A stretch of 64,000 nt of DNA, taken from assembly GCA_019828565.1 (NCBI GenBank), contig JAHDYR010000016.1:124001-188000 (forward strand), written 5' to 3'. Below, piece by piece: positions 52,326-62,256 of this stretch. A program made the translations under genes and the position numbers. The notes below the pieces were generated by a model that saw only the letters and a program-made list of their open reading frames with translations, was not told where the DNA came from and ran no database searches. Each line of letters opens with the position of its first letter. The first letter of the stretch is position 1. This DNA comes from Carpediemonas membranifera BICM (taxonomy: Eukaryota > Protista > Fornicata).

Positions 52326-55300
52326 TCAGCTGGCGAGCTGGTGGATAGGCTTGCCATCGTTCAGCGGACTGAACGGGCAGTATCTTGTCCACTGCACGAA
52401 CTCCTCTTCAGAGATACACGGCACCTCACCGTTCCTGAGGCGGTCAGACAGGACGACGGGGTGACCCGACACACGTGACCGGGAGAGTAGCGACGACGAC
52501 ACGCGGCGGCCACCGATGGCGCCAGGGAGCCTCATTCCGGGGATGCAGACAACGCGGTGGGTGCGGCCGGCCATCATGTCGATGATGAGCTTCGTCAGGG
52601 GCTCGAGAGTGGTGTCGCCCCCGTTGAGCTGGGCCATGTCCACCGTCTTGCCCTCAAGCGCGGCGAGCAGAGAGTTGAAACCGACGATGTCCTCTACACC
52701 ATGTATGCCCTTGATCGACCGGAGCGAGGTCGGGTCGATTCCTGGAGGGAGGTCGACGATGGTCTCACGCTTGCGGAGGCTCTTGAACGTGCCGTTGAGG
52801 GCTTCGTGGCACACCCGGACCCATGAGAAGACGGGCTGGGGCAGGACAGATTCGCCGACCTTGACAGCGTTCATGAGCAGCAGGTTCGCAGCATATGGGT
52901 CATGTTTCGACACAGCCTCGAGCCCGCAGACAAAGGACGACAGGGCGAGGATCTTGACCATGTCGTCCGTCAGGGGCTCAGCGCCGAGTCTGATACCGAC
53001 AAACGACCGGATGATCTCTCCGGCTGGCCCGGCCTCGAAGTCGGGCGACTCGATGGTGGCCGAGAGATACCGCAGAAGGGCTTCCCGGGCAGAGTCGACG
53101 TCCTGGGCGAGCAGGGCGGTGGTGATGAGGGCGCGGTTGATGTCAGTAGGATTCTCAGGGACGCCCTCGAACTTCTGGGCGGCGAGGCCGGGCATGCCGG
53201 CAGATGTGAGGTAGTTGTCGATCTCCACCTGCGAGAGGGTGGGGTGTGAGACGAGACGCGATGCTGTCTGGCCGACGCTCTCGGGGTAGGCAAGGGAGGC
53301 GAAGTCCAGTGCCACGCGCCACTTCTGGAGCTGTTCGCAGTGAAGTGCGGCAGCGGCGTACGTTGGCCGCGAGCCCTCGACGGAGAGGAGCTTGTGGTCC
53401 ACCAGAATCGTGGCCACCGACGCCGCGAGGATGGGCTCACCCGCTTCGCACAGGATCGACAGGGCGTCCCTAAAGTGCCCACCGTCAAGGTACGCCGATG
53501 CGGCGAGGAACGGCTCGCACGCAGAGATGTACTCCTGTGCGGTCCGACGCAGTGTGGCGGGGCGGAGGGTGTACTCGACCGGCTCGGACACAGACCGGAA
53601 TGCGTGGTACCGGCCGCTGTCCGCCGCAGAGCTGATGAGCAGGGCGGTCTGGACATCCTTCCGCTCGCTCAGCAGGTCGATCGCGTCGCCCGGCTTTCCG
53701 GCAGCAATGGCATACGGTGCGGCGTCGATGTCACCGAGATGCCTCAGGTGGGAGGCGTACCGGGCGGCCAGTCCCTGCCAGTACTCGATGCCGGCCGCGG
53801 GGGCGAGGGAGAGGGCCCGCTCCCACCTGCCCTGCTTGATGAGCGCCTCGCATGCCGCCTCAGTTTCGCCGAGGAGGAGCTGGAGGTTGGCTGCGACCGA
53901 GGCGCGTTCGTCTCTCTTCAGGACGCGTGTGGGGACGACCTGGTCGAGGGACCGGGGGATGTGGAGCTGCTTTGCCGCTATCTGGTCGGCAGAGAGGTCC
54001 TTGGCGAGGCAGGAGGCAAAGGCGAAGTGCTCGTCGCCCGGGACGACGGCGTTGGCGGAGTTGGTGGACGCACCGACGATGCGGTGTCGCAGGATGTCCC
54101 ATATGTTGTTCACGGTCGAGTAGCCGCTGAACAGGGTCGATAGCCTGTCGAGCACGTGGATCTGAGCCGCAGCCGTGTGGTCAGCCTTGGTGATGGTCTG
54201 CACAATCGACTTCGACAGGGCGCCGCAGAGCCGCATCTTGCCCGACATCGACGTGCGGGGCTTGTGGTTGCAGTGTGATGCAAACAGCGTCGGTTCGTGG
54301 AGGCAGCTCGCCTTGACAAGGTCTACGATGTGTGTGAGCGACCACGACCGGATGGACATGTCGCGGGACGACGAGACCATCATAAAGGGCCGCTGGGGAT
54401 GGACGGACAGGCCGTAGATGTCCGCATGGTGCTCCCTGGCGACGTCGAGGCACTTGCCAGTGGCGGCGTCCCAAGTTCTCAGCGTGGCGTCCCAGGCGCC
54501 AGTGTAGAGGATGTTGGGGAGTTCGGGGGACCAGACGACGGGCCTAACCTTGTCCGTATGCCCTGTTAACGCGGACACCTGGGCAAACTGGACTAGTGGG
54601 CCCTCCGGGGTGGCCTTCACTGTGCCCTGCCACACAGTGGCCGTCCCATCGTCTGAACCGACGGCGAGGAGGTGCGGGACGAGTGGGGACCATGAGACAC
54701 CGAATGTCTTGTCCTTGTGGCCGCGGAGGATCTGGATGTGGGTCGTGGAGGGGGATGAAACATCGAAGATGCGGACAGCGCCGTCCCCGCATGCCACTGC
54801 GATCTGAGGGAAGAATGGCGACCAGTCCACGCCGAAGGAGCCGTGGGGGACCGTGTAGCGCCGCTTGATGGTGCCCTGGATGTCCATAACAATAATCTCA
54901 CCGGCCCTGGAGCATGCGGCGATGCCGTGTTTGGTCCACACGACGCGGAGGACGCCGTCGTTGAACTCGTTCGTGAGTGTCCGCACCACCACACCCTTGT
55001 CAACGTCAATGAGGACAACAGTCTTGTTGGACGTGGACACCACGACCCGCCTCTCCCCGGACGGGTCCCAGGACACTGAGTAGAGGATGACGCGCTCCAG
55101 ACTTGGGGGCGCGATGACCTTGACGCACTGCATGGACGTCAGATCCCATACTCGAAGGGTGGAGTCGTAGCCGACGGATGCGAGGATGTCCCGTTGGGCA
55201 GGGTGCATCTGGATGTCGAAGATGGTCTCAGTGTGGTTCGGCTGGCCCGTGAAGACGGCCTTCTTGAGGGCAGACTCGTAGACGACCACGGATCCGTCGT

Positions 55301-56228
55301 TGAAGCCGCCGATGAACGCCTGTGAGCGGCCGACTGCGCCGAGGGAGTGGCCGCCTGCTGCGGCGACGCGGTGGTTGTGTAGGGATGTGCGCTGGGAGAC
55401 GTTCCACTCCCTGAGAATACCGCTGCGGCGATCGAGTGTGAAGAAACCGCCAGAGACGTCCGGGGTCCAGCATAGCCCGCTGATCCCGCCGGCGACCTTG
55501 TTGAACGTCTGGATGCTCTTCTTCTCCACGGCATCAAACATGGAGATCTGGCCGCTCTGGTGTGCCACGAGGAGGTATGCCTCGGATACCAGATCCCAGC
55601 GGACTGCGATGACGGGGGACTGGACGTCCGTGGCGATGCGGTGGCCCTTGAAGATCTTGGCGGGCTTGCTGAACTCGCCGTCAAAGAGGTTGTCAGTGAC
55701 AACGACGGCGCCCGAAGCACTGCCGGCAGCGATACGGCAAGGTACCTTCTTGTTCCACTGGAGAGAGGTCACGGAATCGCCATTGGGGAACGTGTACATG
55801 ATCTTGTGCTTCTTGGTGCTGATGTTAAAGCCAAAGACAATGCCGATGTTCGTGGCAATGCCGATGAGGTCGCGGTTGAAGGGGTTCCACTCGATGGCAG
55901 TGGCGAAGATGCGGTCGTTGCTCTTGCTGGGGAGTGATAGGATGATTTTGCGGGAGACGGACTCCACATCCCAAACAATGACCTTTCCGTCGTAGGATGA
56001 GGTTACTATCTGGCCGTTGTCGTGCGGATTCCATGCGAGGGATGTGATTGTACGCTCGTGGGCCGCAATGATGCGGTGGAGGCGAGGATAAGGCCATGAC
56101 TTGAAAATGTACACGGCCAGCGTCGCAGCGTACGCGAAATGAGTGTCCGTGGACGCTACCACCTGAGGGTTCCACTGCTGAACACCTGCAGGAATGATAG
56201 AGCTGCACACCGTCAGCTTACGGTCCAT
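52326..56228 (-). CDS. WDR17: WD40 repeat protein WDR17-like
   Basis: Many WD repeats, WERALSLAPAAGIEYW, C-terminal W...PFSPL. Confidence 0.82.
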   Translation of the reverse strand: MDRKLTVCSSIIPAGVQQWNPQVVASTDTHFAYAATLAVYIFKSWPYPRLHRIIAAHERTITSLAWNPHDNGQIVTSSYDGKVIVWDVESVSRKIILSLPSKSNDRIFATAIEWNPFNRDLIGIATNIGIVFGFNISTKKHKIMYTFPNGDSVTSLQWNKKVPCRIAAGSASGAVVVTDNLFDGEFSKPAKIFKGHRIATDVQSPVIAVRWDLVSEAYLLVAHQSGQISMFDAVEKKSIQTFNKVAGGISGLCWTPDVSGGFFTLDRRSGILREWNVSQRTSLHNHRVAAAGGHSLGAVGRSQAFIGGFNDGSVVVYESALKKAVFTGQPNHTETIFDIQMHPAQRDILASVGYDSTLRVWDLTSMQCVKVIAPPSLERVILYSVSWDPSGERRVVVSTSNKTVVLIDVDKGVVVRTLTNEFNDGVLRVVWTKHGIAACSRAGEIIVMDIQGTIKRRYTVPHGSFGVDWSPFFPQIAVACGDGAVRIFDVSSPSTTHIQILRGHKDKTFGVSWSPLVPHLLAVGSDDGTATVWQGTVKATPEGPLVQFAQVSALTGHTDKVRPVVWSPELPNILYTGAWDATLRTWDAATGKCLDVAREHHADIYGLSVHPQRPFMMVSSSRDMSIRSWSLTHIVDLVKASCLHEPTLFASHCNHKPRTSMSGKMRLCGALSKSIVQTITKADHTAAAQIHVLDRLSTLFSGYSTVNNIWDILRHRIVGASTNSANAVVPGDEHFAFASCLAKDLSADQIAAKQLHIPRSLDQVVPTRVLKRDERASVAANLQLLLGETEAACEALIKQGRWERALSLAPAAGIEYWQGLAARYASHLRHLGDIDAAPYAIAAGKPGDAIDLLSERKDVQTALLISSAADSGRYHAFRSVSEPVEYTLRPATLRRTAQEYISACEPFLAASAYLDGGHFRDALSILCEAGEPILAASVATILVDHKLLSVEGSRPTYAAAALHCEQLQKWRVALDFASLAYPESVGQTASRLVSHPTLSQVEIDNYLTSAGMPGLAAQKFEGVPENPTDINRALITTALLAQDVDSAREALLRYLSATIESPDFEAGPAGEIIRSFVGIRLGAEPLTDDMVKILALSSFVCGLEAVSKHDPYAANLLLMNAVKVGESVLPQPVFSWVRVCHEALNGTFKSLRKRETIVDLPPGIDPTSLRSIKGIHGVEDIVGFNSLLAALEGKTVDMAQLNGGDTTLEPLTKLIIDMMAGRTHRVVCIPGMRLPGAIGGRRVSSSLLSRSRVSGHPVVLSDRLRNGEVPCISEEEFVQWTRYCPFSPLNDGKPIHQLAS

Positions 56229-56596
56229 TCTTGTTCTGGGTCTACTTTTTGCAAGAAAAAAGTCTGATGCGGCAGCATCCAGCAGGCGCTGCAGCCGGTC
56301 GTCGGGGCACTTCAGACGTGCCTCTGCCTTAGTACTAATTAATGACTCGGCGTGCTTTTATTGCTAATAATTTTTGCGTGTCACAGACTTTAGGTTTGAG
56401 AGCCACTCTGCTGTAGGCCTTGAGAATTAGGAGGTGAGCGCAGCGAGATTAAAGCATGGAAACATGGCCAGTCTGCGTAATCCGTTCGACTGTCAACTGC
56501 GCGGATCAATCTGTTGACCAACCACGACAATTGCCACTCACCCCACATCCACCCATCATCAATCAACAATCCAACCCGCGTCACTCTACCCGCTAT

Positions 56597-58246
56597 TTAC
56601 TCATGGACCCTTAGTATGTAGTTCATGTTGCTGATGCACTGGTCGACGAAGCCCAGGTCCTTGAGCTTCTGGGTCCGAACCGTAGGGCCCGTGTAGCGGA
56701 AGACCTCCACCAGACTCTTCTTAAACTGCGCGACACTGGCGGAAAAGACGTGGACGTCTCCGTCGACAGCGATGGTTGTGGACTTGGCGAGGGCGGCGGC
56801 GATCTTCATGGTGTTCTCGTCCCCGGTACGGCGCCAGTAGAGCGACGCGTCTTCCTTAACCCGCCACTGGAAGCTGGGGAACGCCGGCTCCGTCTCAAAG
56901 AAGCCCCGCTCGTCGGCTGTGGGGGAGTGCGGCGATGTGGGGGTGAGCACCTTCTCAAGATACCCGCCCGCCTCCAGAGTATCACCCAACGCCTGCTTCA
57001 CACCCTTCAACAGCAGTTCCCAGTCGTGGCCCTGAGTCATCTCGAGCTCCACTGCGACCTGGTGGGTCATGTGAGAGTGGGTTGTAGGGGCATCAAGACA
57101 GGTGCCCTCGCTGGGGTCGACCTTCGTGGGGAGCTGCCGGATCAGGTCGTCGTAGTTGAGCGCGATGCTCGGCTGGGCCGCACGGAGCTCCTTAGCCTTA
57201 ATGACGCTTTCATTTCGCAGGATAAGGAGCAGCAGGTTATAGTGCCACTGACTGGTCCCTGGCGATGAGCAGCCCGCAGGAGCAGCCCTCGGCACGAGGT
57301 GGCCCCTGATCCCGAGGAAGAGATCCCCCAGGATGTGGTAGAACGCCTTGAGCTGGTCCGGTGATTGGACTGAGCAGGCCGCGAGCAGTGTCTCGACGTT
57401 CGTGATGACTGCCCGCTGACTGTTCGCGACGCGGCTGTCGACCTCGATGTACTTTCGCAGGTTACGGCGGATTCTGGTGCGGATGTCCTCCTCCGTGGTG
57501 TCTGCGGCGTTCTGTGTGGTGGCCCCTGGTTTGGCTCTGGTTGTGGTGGTGAGGTGGGCGATGAGTGCTTCCGTGTCGAGCACGTCGATGTTCTTCTCGG
57601 GATCCTGCCCCACCTCGTCCAACTTGCTGGCCCGCACAGCGATGCCTCTGAACCGTGCCACGTTGTCGACACTGGGGGAGAAGTGCAGCGGCACCGTCCT
57701 GTGCTGGATCTCAGCGTCCACAGTCATCTGGGTCTTGGGCCGGTGGGCGGGGTTGAAAGCTGTCTCTCCCTCGGCCAGCTGGTCCAGGTGGGTGAAGGTC
57801 GGTCGGACCTGCATGATGCCAGTGATAGGCGTGAGCGTCAACTGGTGGCCCTCGGCAGTGTCGGTGGGCATCAAATGGCCTACTGCAAAGGTCGTCTTAG
57901 ACTTCACGTAGGTCCCGGTCAGCTTGTTCTTCGTGATCTGATGCGGGGCCTCCGTATCGAACTCGGGCGTCGTCGTTTCGAGGCCGTATTCAATGTCCAC
58001 GGAGCGATCTGAAACGACGTCGACGCTAATCGCCTCTTTGCGACCGTCCTTGCTCTTAGCTACCCTTTTGGTCGTGTAGAACTCTTCGTTGTACCTCATA
58101 ATCGTCTCTGGGTCGTCAATCGGGTAATGGCGATCGCTTGGCCGAAGAGGGAACTGGAAGAGATAAAGCTCCTTGATTTCATTGCTTAGGTACACTGGAA
58201 AGCGGTGCAGCACGTTTTCTTCCCTGTAGGACTTCTCCTCTCCCAT
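56597..58246 (-). CDS. POLR3E: RNA polymerase III subunit RPC5 (Sin-like)
   Basis: PVYLSNEIKELYLFQFPLRP and LTLTPITGIMQVRPTFTHLD. Confidence 0.8.
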   Translation of the reverse strand: MGEEKSYREENVLHRFPVYLSNEIKELYLFQFPLRPSDRHYPIDDPETIMRYNEEFYTTKRVAKSKDGRKEAISVDVVSDRSVDIEYGLETTTPEFDTEAPHQITKNKLTGTYVKSKTTFAVGHLMPTDTAEGHQLTLTPITGIMQVRPTFTHLDQLAEGETAFNPAHRPKTQMTVDAEIQHRTVPLHFSPSVDNVARFRGIAVRASKLDEVGQDPEKNIDVLDTEALIAHLTTTTRAKPGATTQNAADTTEEDIRTRIRRNLRKYIEVDSRVANSQRAVITNVETLLAACSVQSPDQLKAFYHILGDLFLGIRGHLVPRAAPAGCSSPGTSQWHYNLLLLILRNESVIKAKELRAAQPSIALNYDDLIRQLPTKVDPSEGTCLDAPTTHSHMTHQVAVELEMTQGHDWELLLKGVKQALGDTLEAGGYLEKVLTPTSPHSPTADERGFFETEPAFPSFQWRVKEDASLYWRRTGDENTMKIAAALAKSTTIAVDGDVHVFSASVAQFKKSLVEVFRYTGPTVRTQKLKDLGFVDQCISNMNYILRVHE

Positions 58247-58425
58247 TTCTGCAGCACTCGTTTTTCCCGCGCTTGAATTACTCAAATGATCCACCCGACG
58301 AGGATCGAGGGTCTCGCTGGCACAGCAGGCGTGGACATGCAGACTGTGTACGAGGTGTGTGATAAAGCGGCGACCATATACCGGAAACACTTTAATGCTC
58401 ACTAGCTCACCGCAACAACCACGAA

Positions 58426-59022
58426 TCACCGGGCCTCCAGTATAGCCACCACATCCTGGTGCCCCTCCCTCGTGGCGTTGGACATGGGTGTGTCGCCGTC
58501 ATCATCAGGAATAGTTGGGTCAGCCCCGACCTCGAGGAGCATCTTAACAATGCCAGCCAGCCCGTGCTCCGCGGCCATGTTGACGGCAGTGCTTCCGCCC
58601 TGGATCCTGGTGTTGACTTCGACAGGGGCTGTGAGAATGAGTCCAAGCATGTCGACGTCGCCCATCTCGACAGCAACATGGAGGATGGTGAAGCCTGCTT
58701 CTCCTACAGTGTTGACTAGCGCCTGGTTGTGGGCCAGAAGGGCAGCGACGCAGTCAGCGGCCCCGATCTCGGTCGCGGCATGGATGACGGAGGTCCCGTC
58801 GCCGTCAACAGCGGTGGGATCAGCAGAAGCTTCGAGAAGGAGGCGCACAAGCTCTGCGTTGCCTGTTTGGACGGCCATGTGGAGCGGGGTGTGCCCCATG
58901 ACGTGTGAATTGACGTCGGCGCCCAAAGCTATCATCTGAGAAACCTTCTCGGCGTTTTCAGCATTCACCGCCTCGTAAAGGTCGTATGTTATGTCAATTC
59001 CGTCCTTTCCACTCGTATCCAT
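58426..59022 (-). CDS. Ankyrin repeat protein
   Basis: GHTPLHMAV, GTSVIHAA, GFTILHVAV, GDTPMSNA repeats. Confidence 0.88.
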   Translation of the reverse strand: MDTSGKDGIDITYDLYEAVNAENAEKVSQMIALGADVNSHVMGHTPLHMAVQTGNAELVRLLLEASADPTAVDGDGTSVIHAATEIGAADCVAALLAHNQALVNTVGEAGFTILHVAVEMGDVDMLGLILTAPVEVNTRIQGGSTAVNMAAEHGLAGIVKMLLEVGADPTIPDDDGDTPMSNATREGHQDVVAILEAR

Positions 59023-59401
59023 CCAATCTGTCTTCAGATGCTTCGGACCCTTCACAGGGACCAGACTCGCCGACTCAAGCGAGACGAGCGTGTATGACTC
59101 GCTGCAGTCCAGACATGTATGCCGCATGCTTCTACTACCCACGCTGAGCTGGGCCAGCTTCGACATACCCGAAACTATGTCGTACTCTGGCGGGGGACAC
59201 AACCCGTGGGGAAGACCGGCCTGCGCTGGGGACACTCTGCGTGTCGGTTGACTCTAACTCTGACTCAGCCTGGACTGAGTCACGCAGTAGAGTGTATTGC
59301 CGCAAACACGCCCCAGACAATCCCCTCTCTGATCCCCAGTAGGCATGCAGTTCCCAAGGTAATATCCAGGCGCCACAAACCAGTGCATTCTGTCTATTTA
59401 C

Positions 59402-59986
59402 CTAAAAGGAGGGGCAGATGTGAGGAGGGATGAAGTTGGCTCTGCACTTGGAGTCGCACTCAGGGGCAAACTCGAGGAAGTCAAGCTCGAGGTCATGGTC
59501 GCCAGTGACAGTCACACGGACGGGGTAGCCGGTGGCGACGGCAGTGAAGCCGTGGACGTCGTAGGTGCCGCCGTGGACAGTGGCCTGGCCGTCCCACTCG
59601 TAGCAGGGGATGTTGTTGATTGTCTTCTCTCCAACGTACTTGGCCTCCTTGAGGATGTCGCGCGGGGGAAGAGGGGGCATCTCCTTGTTCTCCTTGCAGG
59701 TGGCGTGGCCGAAGGTAGGCTTGCGCCAGAGGTCGCAGGCCTCGATCTCGAAGTCGCAGTAGGCGCGAACGTCGCCAACAACAAGGATCTTCTTGGTAGC
59801 AATCATGGCAGCCATCTCATGGTCAGTGTAGTCCGCGTAGAAGTGGAACTTGTCAGTCATGTGCATGGCAGTGGCGGAAACAAGAGCGGTGATCTTCTCG
59901 GGCATGAGAGGGGGCTGGGGATCGCAGAGAACGACAGCGATAAGGCAGAAGAGGCAAAGTAGGGCAACGGAACAGGTGATACGCAT
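59402..59986 (-). CDS. Secreted protein, possibly ependymin-related/LolA-like fold
   Basis: Signal peptide, PQPPLMP start, YVGEKTINNIPCYEW, PVRV, terminal FxPPxxC. Confidence 0.6.
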   Translation of the reverse strand: MRITCSVALLCLFCLIAVVLCDPQPPLMPEKITALVSATAMHMTDKFHFYADYTDHEMAAMIATKKILVVGDVRAYCDFEIEACDLWRKPTFGHATCKENKEMPPLPPRDILKEAKYVGEKTINNIPCYEWDGQATVHGGTYDVHGFTAVATGYPVRVTVTGDHDLELDFLEFAPECDSKCRANFIPPHICPSF

Positions 59987-60749
59987 GTTCAGACGGTGTT
60001 TACCGATCGGCAATTCTTACCTTAAAGTGCGAAAAGAGTGAAAAGAATGTGATGGAACCTATTTCAGCGATAAGATTCGCTGGAGAATCTAATGATCTTT
60101 TCGCCATCCTGGCACTACCCATAAAGTTCAGTCATGCACTTCTTCCAGCCTGCTGACGCCTTCTGCCCGAGTCAAGAGCGGTCTTTGTTGGTCAAAGTAG
60201 TCCTGAGATCATGTCATTAGAGAAATTTTGAACTATAAATATTGCCTTATAAGGAGTCTACGGACAACATAGCAACCTTGAAATAACGCCTTCGGGTCGA
60301 AGCTTACCCATTGACTGGCTGTCGAGGTCTAAAACACGTCTGCACGTGGCGCGTGTCATAGCGCACTACAACCAGACTCAAGCAAGCTTGGAAACTTGCA
60401 GTACTACGTTTCAGGAGTGCACAACATAGTTACTTGGAGGAAACAACCGACTCTCCCCCTCAATGGTCAAGAGACCAACCCACCATTGTTTGTCACACTG
60501 CCCGGCAGATAAAGAATGAGTAGCTCAAGCATCGCCCCAACGATAAGCACCCACTGGTCTACTTCTGCGTGCCTCGTCCTGTTTACCCGGTCGAGCAAGC
60601 CGCGTCTCCATTCACTGGGATGGACCATGATTTATAAATTCTGGCTGTTACCATCAGCGCCCCATGCCCAGCCAACTCGCCCTACCCGCATGCGGGTATT
60701 GCCAACCGTGCCCATCCTTGGCCGACCCCACAGGCCATGCCGGAGCCCT

Positions 60750-61583
60750 TCACATCTCCCCATTGAGATAGTTCACAAAGAGACGCGAGATGTTCCCAGC
60801 GCTCATATCTGCCGGCGTCGTCTCCACGCAGGCTCGGCCAAACGCTGTCCGCAGACGGTGAAGCTCTGCTGTCACGGTTGCAAGATTACCGGCCGGCACC
60901 TTGACTTTGACGCCTTCAACCGCCACAGACCCGATAGTCCCAGCTTTCACAGCAGCCAGAACCTTGTTGACGATGGCTTTGCACTGTACGTCGATGTCCT
61001 GGCCCGTCCGGAGGGGGAACGACTTGATCGGGAGGCTCCCGACATGGTGCGACGCCTTCCTGCGTGTCCCCTGGGTCATGGTGCCGATGACCTCTTCCAT
61101 GCCGATGAAGCTACCCGCGTCGCCGACTGTCACCCGGACTAGCGGCTGCTCCCAGGGGTTCGTGCCGAGAGCCTCCTCGTAACGGTGGCACAGCGCCATG
61201 AACGAGGCATCTGTGTAGTGTCCCGAGTCCTGGTTCCACTGACGTGCTGTGTTGATGTCCACGTCGACTCTGGCGACGCAGTACTCAGTGTTCATGGTCC
61301 GGGCGAGGCAGTAGTACTCGTAGCGGACGCCCTTGATGTAGTTCAGATCATCAACAATGATCGTCTTGTCCTTGTTGAAGTAGCGATCAACAGTAGCTTT
61401 GAGCTGTTGCCTGGCATTGTTCTCTTCGCGAGGAACGTCGAACACAGACGTTTCCAGGCCAAGCGTCTCGAAATTGAGTAAAATAACGTCATGTCCAAGC
61501 TTATCAGCCAATTTCTCCTTCAGCTGCTCTGAAAACCGCGTCTTCCCAGAGCAAGGGAGGCCAGTGACGACGATGAGCGGCAT
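60750..61583 (-). CDS. KTI12: KTI12 (Elongator-associated P-loop protein)
   Basis: MPLIVVTGLPCSGKT, IVDDLNYIKGVRYEYYCLAR, RYEE..NPWEQPL. Confidence 0.92.
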   Translation of the reverse strand: MPLIVVTGLPCSGKTRFSEQLKEKLADKLGHDVILLNFETLGLETSVFDVPREENNARQQLKATVDRYFNKDKTIIVDDLNYIKGVRYEYYCLARTMNTEYCVARVDVDINTARQWNQDSGHYTDASFMALCHRYEEALGTNPWEQPLVRVTVGDAGSFIGMEEVIGTMTQGTRRKASHHVGSLPIKSFPLRTGQDIDVQCKAIVNKVLAAVKAGTIGSVAVEGVKVKVPAGNLATVTAELHRLRTAFGRACVETTPADMSAGNISRLFVNYLNGEM

Positions 61584-61879
61584 TGCTATGACGAGATCAT
61601 TTCAGAGACGATCTCCCAGGCGGACTAAATGTCACTCAGGAGATACCAGTATGGCGAACTCCGACTTAGGCCATTTCTTCACTCCACGGCGGGTCTCTAA
61701 TCGCTTTAATGTGAACATTGAAAGCTCACAGCGACTGTCTGTGAGAGAAGGCCATTGAGCACAACAGAATCTCGGAACCGTTAAGCACCAACAGGTACAA
61801 CACATTCGTTTACTAAAACAGTCTATACGTTGTAGGTATCACTGCAAGTTGGGTTGCCTCAGCACCACTGGCTGTAGTA

Positions 61880-62119
61880 TCACTCCATCGCGGTCTGGAG
61901 GGCTTCAAGCTTATCCAGGAACCCTACAAGCTCATCCTTATTCAGCTCAAATGTCAAGCGCTTCACACCATCCTTAGTTTCGGGAGCATCCACAGTAAGG
62001 GCGAGTTCAAGCAGGGGAACGCCCATATTCGATAGTTCAGAGCTGGAAACAGCAAGCTGAGTAAAATAAATACTAATAAAACAAACTTTGACCTTCCAAT
62101 CGAAGTTCCGGAGGTGCAT
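61880..62119 (-). CDS. COMM-domain-only protein (COMMD6/8-like); in-frame intron 62057-62086
   Basis: LRNFDWKVK|LAVSSSELSNMGVPLLELAL..FELNKDELVGFLDKLE. Confidence 0.75.
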   Translation of the reverse strand: MHLRNFDWKVKVCFISIYFTQLAVSSSELSNMGVPLLELALTVDAPETKDGVKRLTFELNKDELVGFLDKLEALQTAME

Positions 62120-62256
62120 TGGGAATACTTTGAAAAATGGACTGAAGACTGTGCAGTTTAAGGTTATGCGCAGAGAAATGCGCAGATGAGGGGCGGGTTG
62201 AGACATTGAGGTCCAGACCCACAACACAACATCGGCTAAACCTGCGAAATTGCGGA

